A program made the translations under genes and the position numbers. DNA of 45,612 nt, filler included, from Jimgerdemannia flammicorona (taxonomy: Eukaryota), in NCBI GenBank assembly GCA_003990765.1. It is 2 parts of 2 records of this genome, joined end to end, with 100 filler letters (N's around TTAATTAATTAA, not from the genome) between each part and the next. Parts side by side here need not be neighbours in the genome. Positions count along the whole stretch, not along the records: positions 22,867 to 45,612 come from RBNJ01001209.1; 1 more part is not named here. The stretch is one strand, 5' to 3'. The notes beneath the pieces are model-generated. The model saw nothing but the letters and a program-made list of their open reading frames with translations, was not told the DNA's origin and searched no databases. How positions within the stretch are numbered: the stretch's first letter is position 1; every line of letters begins with the position of its first letter. This document shows positions 36,180 to 45,612 of the stretch, one piece after another.

Positions 36180-39100
36180 ACTAACTAATAATATTATACT
36201 CAACTATCTTATTCATAGTAATACTTTATCTAAATATATATTCCCTATCAAGATTGCAAAATCTAAGACTATTAGTGATTTTAAAAAGCTGATAAAAGCA
36301 GAACTAATATTATATTTTGATCATATCATTGTCAATGATCTCTAACTATAGAAGATAGATATATCTATCTTTATATATATCAAATAATATGCTGACCATA
36401 TTACAAACCAACTCTAAGTCTGCTATCATTGATATATTGAGTGACAATAAACTATTAGCATTGTTAGAAGTTAGTGAATATTATACTCTTATGCTAAACT
36501 GAAAATATATTTATATTATTATATAACAATCAGTTGAGATGTCTATTCCATTATATATTAATAAGATGTGCATTATTTATCTTTTTTAATTTATAGTCTT
36601 ATATATTAAATAAGAGTTATAGTTTGGTAGAGTAAATATAATAAGAGACTTACATTATATTTTTTACTTAGGTATATCCAGACATATGGTTTTATATAGC
36701 TCTTTTAAACCATAAAGTTATAAAACTTATGAATTTTCAAAGAAATAATATTGATGACCTTTATAAGATGATTAAGGTAGAAAATTTGATATATATTATA
36801 TATGATCATTCTATATTAGAACTTCATATATTTCATTATAGTTCAGTAATAAATAAGATATTGAATAGTATACTATTTAAAGATTATGGTAACTTTTCTT
36901 CTATTATTTGACATTTCAAAATTGATGAATTGAATCTCATCAAGATTAAATTGCCAGATATATAAATATATACTATTGTCTTTTCTTGATCATATATTGA
37001 GATATGTCTATTATATATTTATAATTATTTAAATCATTACACTTATAAATATAATCATTCACCAAAGTACAATGCTATCAGCATCAATAGATATCTAGTT
37101 TTACATTATAATTGTATATTACTATATCACCAGAATACAAGATTACAATAGAATATATATTAATGATCTGACTATTATAGTCATAAAAGCAAAACCAAAG
37201 GACATCAACTGTAATCTTGATTGATTAATATTTCACATGATATACTTCAAAACTGATAATATATTTGTATTAGATTAAGATCTACTAGAAATGCATAATG
37301 GTTTTAATAATATTATACAATTTTATAATATTTGAATTAAAAAATCCAATATAAGTCAAATTGCCAAATATATATATATTATATATATAAACTGATGATT
37401 TATATCTAATAAATATAATCAAAATATTATATCATGATTGTTATAGAAATAGATAAAAATTGCCACAACATCAGCTTCAAAAGTATGATATATTCTATAT
37501 TGAAATCTAAATTGAAGTATATAAAGAGTATAGATAAAAATCTTTAATAATAAGTTTTTAAAGTATATAATTAAATTTCTCAAGAATGACAATGATAAAT
37601 CAAAGAAGTAAGCATATAAGGATATACCTCCTGGACTATTTATTTATAGATAATAATTATAAATATTTATATAATATAATACTAATAAATGAAAAATATT
37701 ATATATTTATTTTTTTTATAAGATTCTAAGAATCAAAGACCTTACTCTATAGAAGGTGGACATATCTTTCTATACATTGAACAATATGCTCACTGTATTA
37801 TAAGTTAACCTTAACTCTACTATTACTGAAGTATTGGGTAGTGAAAAGCTACTAGTATTATTTAAGATTAGAGAATATTTTATACTCAAGCCAAATAAGA
37901 AGAATATTTATATTATTATTAGATATACTGAATCTATTGTCAGATTGACTGCACAAGTACTTATAGGTAAGAGTTGGTTATTGTTATCAAGTTATTATTA
38001 AGTTATTATTATATATTATATTCTGATATCATTCATTATTATACTGGTAGATATTCTACTTTAATCTTCATTATTTAGTATATTAAATAGCACTATTAAA
38101 GATATGTTAGTACTCTGAGAGATATAGTATAGACCTTGGAGCATTGGCTTGAAGAGTGTGAGGTTCTAGGAGATTTCTGAGGAGCTATTGAGAACTGACT
38201 GGAGTTATAACCTTTGAGGAGAGGAGATGAGAGATGAGGTGATCTCCAGTATAGGTTGGTGGAAGAAGTTGGAGATGAGTGATTGACCTTAGGGTAGGCT
38301 CTAGCTATTTGGGTTGGGCTTGCTAGACATTGGCTCTATATATTTAAAAATGGTCAATGATTAGTAGTTGGGATGAGAGTTGTATAATAGGAGTAGCTTC
38401 TGTTGGATATCTTGAATAGTTGGTGGTGGAAGTAGAGTCTAGGAGGGGAAATATGTAGGAGGCTTATAGAATATATTTGTATAAAGAGTAGGGGAAGAGT
38501 TGGAGTTATTGGGGGGTTAGTGACTCTCTGGAGAGATGGAGAGGATGGGGGAGAGAGGGGTCTATATAGAATTAGATAAAGAGTGAGTCTGTTTCTTGTA
38601 TTGATATAATATAAATTAGATGATAATTAGTAATAAAAGTGAGAGTCTAACTATAAAAGATATACTAGTACTCTTGCAAAAAAAGACTTTGAATATTCAA
38701 AAAAAGGTAGAACAGTAATAGTCTCTAGAGGATAACTTTGATTGTAAATATTATATAAATGCATAGGGGTAAGAGGATAATATTACTAATATAATAAGAT
38801 TTGAAATATTCTTATAGTTGAAAAACCAGATAACTATAGTATAATGTATATTTTAATAACTATATATTTCTGTAAATAGTATATATAATTTTAGAAATAT
38901 ATATATATAATGGATAATTAAAAATAACTAAATATTATGATTCAAAAAATCTTATATATTATTTTTATACTACAATAGAAATACCAGACATACTATTATC
39001 AATAGTATTGACTGATACATAAAACTGATATATTATTTAAAATAATATTAAACTGAGTAAATGTCTAATGGTATGAATAGTGATGAAAATTCAAATTAGT

Positions 39101-40700
39101 AATTACTGAAGACTTCTTATTGCAGCTATATCAGACAGATAATCACTCATATTCTATATATATTAACAATGCTAAAATATCTATGATAAATAGTAGAAAA
39201 TTATCTTTATTGATATTATATTTACTACTAAAGGGCAAAGATGACTTAGGATTTATTGGTTGGGATAAGCTTAATAATTTGTATAATTGAATATTAATGC
39301 AAGTATAGCTTATGATAATTGGAATATCTGGGTCAGTATTTTTTTTTTTTCAAAATATATGTAAAAATACTATATATTTTATTTCTGATTATTTTTCATT
39401 TTTATTTTTAAACAAATAGAGCTGAAAAATATACAGTATCTATGAACTATTCTACTAGATATTTAGCATATATATCATACTCAATACTAGTAGAGTTGAT
39501 GCAAATCTGGGTTTGGAAGATCTGGACAAAGCCTCTATCTTACTATAGCTATAGAGTGACTAACTAGAAAGTAACAACACTAAAGTACTCATAAAAATCC
39601 ATGTAGTATTAGTAGTGTATCTCTATATTCTAGAGAAACTTATCTAGATATAATTATCCAAATTTATACCAAAGATATAACTTCTGATATAGTTGCTATC
39701 AAACAGTATTGGTATTAATTCTCTCAACTTCTAAATCAATCTTTGTAAAGTTTTCACAAGCTTAGATTCTGAAAATATTCAAACCTATATTCTTAAGACT
39801 ACTGATACAATTCTAGAATACACTAAAGCTATGAAGATATCAGTTACAATAGATGAAGTATAGATTACTATTATCAAGTAGTAGGACATATATCTGTCCA
39901 CCATATTATTGATGAAAAAACACTTATACTTCATAATACTTCTATATACTATAATGAAAATTATTAGCAGATATAGTGTTATATACCATACTTATAGAGA
40001 TAGAACTATATATAAACTATCTTATAGATACTATAGAGAGTATAATTGGAAAGATATTAATTGATAAGACCTATTTTGTCAGTATTATATATGAGTTTGA
40101 TGATATTGCAGAGATGTGACTATTTATTGAGTAGTTTCTCAGACTACTTACTAATAACTAGATTGAGTCTGTCTTTGACCATCTCTATGGTCATTATCAG
40201 TTTACCATCTGATTTCTGAAAAATGATATCTTGGGCTTAGTAGTAAAAGCAGATATAATCACAAACACAACTATATGATTCTGGCAGAACAGCATGGTAG
40301 ATCTCCTGATCACTCAGCTAGAGAGCTATCTTTTACTGATACAGAAACAATTAAAAATATGACTGGTCATTAAAGAGATAGTAGTCAACTATTATATATT
40401 CTTAGAGAATATTATTATACTAAAGAAAGAAATACTTACAAGAATATGGATTTGTATAGCTTATCTATATTGATGATAGTATTGCTAATATAGTGATAGT
40501 AGTAGCTAATCTATTAAAGACACTTATACTAATGGAATATTTTTGCCTCATTTATGATAGACCTAATGGTAATAGTATTGTATATAAATATTTAACCATT
40601 AGTCAAATAGTACTTAAAATAATGAGACAGAACTACTGAGTGCTATAATATCTGGGAGATTTGTTTGAATAATATCTGTCTAAGCCTCTCTTCAATCTGT
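36180..40700 (+). pseudogene. Crinkler (CRN)-type gene relic: ubiquitin-like CRN N-terminus plus downstream P-loop NTPase remnants
   Basis: IILNYLIHSNTLSKYIFPIKIAKSKTISDFKKLIKAELILYFDHIIVNDL*L*KID and YIYIII (CRN header, HIIV motif); IIGISGS ~39315 (Walker A-like); TIDEV* ~39845 (Walker B-like). That both parts belong to one gene is inferred. Confidence 0.6.
38117..38655 (+). mobile_element. 5'-truncated L1/Tx1-type LINE 3' fragment with ~19-bp TSD
   Basis: TLEHWLEECEVL..LG*ALAIWV matches the C-terminus of the LINE at 41 kb; TSD AAAGATATGTTAGTACTCT (38098-38116) / AAAGATATACTAGTACTCT (38656-38674). Confidence 0.8.
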
Positions 40701-40753
40701 TTGATAATATATAAAATATGAAACTCTGCATAGATGTCCAACCTCTATTTGTC

Positions 40754-43004
40754 TTTTTTTTTTTTTTTTTTTTTTATTGTCATTTAGTCTCTGCTTTTTT
40801 TTTTTTTATAGTCACTTAGACTCTGCCATTTATTTCCATTTATTAATGATTTTACAGTTTTACCCTCTCACTACCTGATCCCCATAGGAGAACCACTTTG
40901 CCTATTCATACATACAAACAAAAACTACTTTCGCACCCACAACCCCAACCCTCCCCCCACTCTGCCTACAGATTTATTCTACTAAATGATGTCTTCAACC
41001 CCCTTTCAACCCCCAACCCAGCCACCAGCCCATCAAGGTGTCTTCCATAAGGCTACACCACCTCATCAGCCTAACCTTGGAGCCAAGTTTCCTCCTATTC
41101 TCAAATACAAATAGCCAGTAACTGGTCAGCTCCACCCAAATGGCCAAAGCCCACCCTAGCATCAGCCATTCCTTCCCCACTCCCCCCTCTAGTCTATCCC
41201 TTAAGTCCTCTCATCACCCCTGTACCTCAGCTCTCCTGTGCACTATTCCCAGATGATCCCCAATGTTCTGCCAAAAGGAATGAAGTACCTCACACTCTCC
41301 TAGCCAATATTCAGGTGTCTGTATATATCCCTCTTCCTGCCCTACATTATAACACTCCTTACAGTTGAAGTAGCCCCCCTCAATAAGGTGACCAGAGCAG
41401 AAGTTGAGCATGACATTTTGCCTCAGCACACACCACCAGACCACCCAGTACTTCAGCAGCAACCATCTCCATACCTTGGTACTCCAGGCCTATATGCTAT
41501 GCTAGTCTCACTCCTCACTGATTCCTACACCCTGCCAACTACTAGGCCACAGATCCTGGCCTGGTCTCCATTGGCATTTGACCCCATCACCAATGTCAAA
41601 CTCAAGTAAGAGAATGCTACCTAGTAACACTCAGTCCTATCTCCACATCACTGAATCCCAAGCCTCCTCCCCTTCATTTCCCTACCACCTAATCCCAATG
41701 CAGCATACCCCCTCTGCCACTCCCCACCAGAAGCCTTTGTACCATAGTTGCCCAGAGTTCTGAAGGCCCACAAGTGCTAGGAGATCACCCATCAAACCTC
41801 TCAGAGAGGACCTCATCTCTCAGACTTTCTGCAGTAGTGGAACCCAACCACCTCCTCTCAACTCCAATACTCTCTTCAGCCACCAAGCTCTCAAGCAGTA
41901 CAGCCTCTTAGAAAAGTTGATCAGCCTAAGTCCCCCACTCGCCACCAGTAAGGACAAGATCTTCCAGTTGATCTGACTCTGCCTTCCAGCCCAGATCCAC
42001 CCCTTGGCCAGCTTCATCAATCGCTTCACCACCCAAGCTAGGAAGTTCAGATGATAAGCCAGATACCACACCTTCAGCAGCCAATAGACATTCAGAATCG
42101 AAATACAGCCCACCAGAGACAAATGACGGCCCCCCCAACTCCTCAGGGCCTCCTCCCAAATGCCAATCCACTGCTTCCACCAAAGTCTGGGCAGAACTGA
42201 CCCATACACTGACAGATAAATACCCAAGTACCACACTGCCTCACCAGCAGAGACAATCATACCAATAATCTCCCTGCCCACTAGACCATTGCCTAATACC
42301 ATTGTTTCACACTTATGCCAATTAAGCCTAGCTCCAGAGTTCATCTCATACCACTTTACTGTCTCTTTGAGCTCCTCAATATCCACAACTGATCCCAGAC
42401 TAACCACCATATTATCTGCAAATACCCCTACTTTCCACCTGATGTCAAAGATAGAAAGCCCCACTATCTTCCACCATATTCTGTCCATGAAGGGCTCTAG
42501 AGATAAAGTATACAAAATGGGGGACAGTGGGTCCCCCTGGGGCACCCCCCTACCCAGGAGAAATGCTACCCCTCTATGTCTATTACACATAAGTGCTGCC
42601 CTACTTCCTTCCAGTAGACTGACCATGACAGTCCTGAACTGTCACGGGACCCCAATCCTATCCAAAACTTTTGCCAACCAGACCCATCACACCTGGTTAT
42701 AGGCCTTCTCCTGGTCCAAAAAGACCAGACACCCATCCAGTCTACTGGCTCGCACCCCTTCAATAACTTCATGTACCCATGCTGTACTATCCCTGATGAG
42801 CTGGCCTCCAACAAAGCCCCACTGCTCCTCACTCAAGACTTGTTAGGCCACCTTTTGCAATCTTGTGATCACCACTTTGGTAACCAACTTTCTGTCCATA
42901 TCCAGTAGCATAATCAGCCTCCAGTTCTTCCAGTCCTCTTAGCTTCCTTTGTTCTTATAAAGCAATGTCACCAACCCTAGATCCTGTTCTCCCACCCATC
43001 TCCC
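40754..43004 (-). mobile_element. L1/Tx1-clade LINE, ORF2 RT and C-terminal region with poly(A); cut by the family B LTR
   Basis: NWRLIMLLDMD, DQEKAY, GVPQGDPLSPILY, FADN, SGARLNWHKC, YLGI, CKEC..YWLGEC; T-tract 40754-40775. Confidence 0.92.
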
Positions 43005-45068
43005 TGTAAGCGCACAACCTCTAAGCCACTGAAATTACACATCACTCTCTGAACAAGCCACTGAAATCATACGTGACCTCTAAACAAATCTGGAAATCAC
43101 CTGCTCGATCACAAAGCTGAGTCAAACCAAAGTCACAGTACACAAAGCTGAGTCAATATAAAGTTATGGAACACAAGATTTACACAAACAGAATCTTACC
43201 AATCAGGACTAAATGCATATATACCGAGCACCGAGACGCATCGAATCAGAGAACCAAAACAAATAACAACCACAACTTCCAAACACACAAACATGACCAC
43301 TGAGGTCTATAACCATATCCGTGCTGACATTTGGAATGCCATTGTCAACTGAGCCACACCCCCTCTGCCCCTCATGAATATCCATAGCCTGGTACCCCTC
43401 TACTTCGTGGAAGCCCGATGGAATGCTCTGAACATGCTTAGCAAGGCCCACTGAATTGGACAAATCTCAAGCTACTACTGGATCGGCCACCTCCTGGAAG
43501 ATATGGTCGAACACCACTATGATACAGACATTACCCAGATATCTCAACACCAGAAGCTCATCACCTGCAAATATCGAGAACTCTTCTATGAGTACAGTAC
43601 CTTTATTCCCTGCCTCCGAGTCACTACCAGTGAAATGGTTGCTACCCTGTCCTATGACCAAATCGACGACATGATACAAGAACTCAACCACAAGTACCTT
43701 GAGTACGTCGAAACCACAGACAGAGCCTTCCCACACCCCAATGACCATATTCTGCAAATGCCCCAAGTTGGATATGCCATGAAGAACATCTACGATATAA
43801 TCCACTTCGATGAAGATGAAGCAGAAGACAATGATCCCTCTGATGCCGACATGACCTCTAGCCAAGGATCTCTGCCAACCCTGATCACACCGCCAAACTT
43901 GCTGATGAACTTGCAACAGTTCATAACTACATACGAGACTTATTGGGACAATGACCACTGGCACGAATATCAACCAGCTTTCACCCCCAATTACTTCAAC
44001 TACAATGAAGAGACTGGAGAACACAACCTGTACCTCCAGACAATCCTAGAGATCGAACCAACAACTCCACCACCTGAGTACGAGTGATATGAACCACAGC
44101 TGCCAGCTTACTACAACCTCATGACTCATAGTGCTGTAACCTATAGAAGGTATGCAGACAGCGAATTTGATGAAAGCGAAGACAATATACCCATTCTTCG
44201 TCTACCAACACCTTATCCAGTATACAAAACAGACAATGCTATCCTGTGGGATGGAGATGAAGTCCCAATGTATTACTACCTCAGCCAATAAGGAGAAGTA
44301 ATCCGCGAACCACTCTTCCTAGACAACTACTTCATCAGAGATGATGTAATCGATGGTGATGTCATCGAGGACTACTAAGACAGCGCCTAAACCCATAAAT
44401 AGCCTAGTAGTCATAGTATAGTTAGATTAGCATTGTACAACATGACTGTGAACTGACTCAGCAGTTAGACGATCTCTTGATATGTCAGATCATACTTGTA
44501 CTATGTGACTGCATTCCAACTCAGCAAGGCACTTAGTGCTATATCCATATTCAGCATAGTCCAGATAGCCCCTCACTAGTATAAATACCCCCTCCCCCAG
44601 ACCTCAGAATCTCAGACTTGAACAATCCAAATACAACTCCTGAATACTTCTCCACAATATCCCTTCACACAAATACTCCTAGTATAGCAATATCATGAAT
44701 AGCAAATAAATCTATTCCATAACCCACAAACCACTCTTAAGTAAATCCACTCCCTGTTAGATCCTACTCCTAACCCCATTACGAAATTTCCTAATTGGGT
44801 ATTGTCTGCAGCGATACGCCAATTCAACTAAGCTGGTCTTAGTTTCTTAAACTTCCTGAAATACGGAAAATCCTAAACATCCAGAACTAGTCCAAAAAAG
44901 AACTTTGGTTGAGATATCAACCCAATCTTGAAATCAATAAGCATAGAGGATGTACTCTATATGAAATTGATCTTGACCATAAGAAAACAGTCTTCCAGAA
45001 CATCCAGAATATCTAGAAAACCTTTCCAGAACTACATAACAGTTACCCTAAAAAGCAACCCTCTTACA
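43005..45068 (+). repeat. 5' LTR of family B (2064 bp), best-preserved copy
   Basis: TGTAAG..CTTACA termini; TATAAATACCCC at 44580; followed by PBS; same extent as the TSD-flanked solo LTR. Confidence 0.93.
43293..44390 (+). pseudogene. U3-encoded ORF of family B (~365 codons, unknown function)
   Basis: One frame from MTTEVYNHIRADIW to DDVIDGDVIEDY with no frameshift, five internal stops (3 TGA, 2 TAA); includes the tracked ORF 43503-44087. Confidence 0.75.
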
Positions 45069-45071
45069 ACT

Positions 45072-45083
45072 TGGTAGCAGCGG
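45072..45083 (+). promoter_or_regulatory. PBS of family B
   Basis: TGGTAGCAGCGG 3 nt after the LTR end. Confidence 0.75.
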
Positions 45084-45403
45084 TTTACAATCCAATTCCG
45101 CTTCAAGATGCTTCCTCACCCCACTACAAACCCCTCTGCAAATTCCTACAAGTTGGTATAAAGCCCAACCTCTGAACTGGAATTTATCCTGAACTATCTG
45201 ACAATCTGAAGAGAATTGAACCTGACGTACAAGGACAATTTGACCTCCACACCTGCAACAAGTGGGATAAACTTCATTCAAAAAAAGAAGTACTCAAGTT
45301 AAACCAGCAAATAGGCGAAACCACCTTTCACCGGTAACATTCAGGTGACACAAGATTTGGACAACACTTTCTGCGAAGTTTTTGGTAAAAAGCTACTATC
45401 AAC

Positions 45404-45612
45404 ATGGCGAGCAACGAGCATTCTGGTGGGCATGGCGGCCAGGGGGGCAGCAGTGCCTTCGGCTGGCAGCAGGTCGGGAGGAAACGAGGAGATGGTCTGG
45501 GGATGCCAGGGCCGTCGGTGGTTGGAGGTGGCGCTGGGGGTGGGGGAAGAGGCGGACTGAGGCAGAGAGGTGGGGGGAGGACGACCTTTGCTGACAAGGT
45601 CAGGATGGGGAA
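45404..45612 (+). CDS. N-terminus of a probable LINE ORF1 (open to window end); element probably starts ~45323
   Basis: MASNEHSGGHGG..WQQVGRKR..TTFADKVRMG (WxxV-basic and FADKV motifs typical of LINE ORF1); G-rich sense strand like the other LINEs; family B leader similarity ends ~45322. Confidence 0.55.
   Translation, partial: MASNEHSGGHGGQGGSSAFGWQQVGRKRGDGLGMPGPSVVGGGAGGGGRGGLRQRGGGRTTFADKVRMG

Overview
Eukaryotic, most likely early-diverging fungal DNA (Mucoromycota-like; inferred from spliceosomal introns, a mitochondrial SCS-beta, a Crinkler relic and CpG-depleted repeats). Two pieces are joined by an artificial N44-TTAATTAATTAA-N44 spacer (22767-22866). The left half is entirely nested, decayed transposons: Ty3/Gypsy elements, a full-length Ty1/Copia, a poly(A) retroposon and a fold-back hAT-type MITE. 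The right half opens with a GC/CpG-rich gene island (succinyl-CoA ligase beta 5' exons, F-box/LRR gene, 503-aa orphan with a putative Cys-His-Asp triad, P450 pseudogene), followed by nested LTRs, MITEs, L1/Tx1 LINEs and a Crinkler-NTPase relic. Most notable: (1) two unrelated LTR families have very long LTRs (about 1.5 and 2.1 kb) with a protein-coding ORF in U3; the two proteins look distantly related, and one LTR variant carries a different ORF between the same termini. (2) Two Gypsy pol genes both carry a dUTPase plus a shared 39-aa C-x-H-x12-C-x2-C module, in mirror order (PR-module-DUT-RT vs DUT-module-PR-RT). All calls are by eye; no database searches were run.
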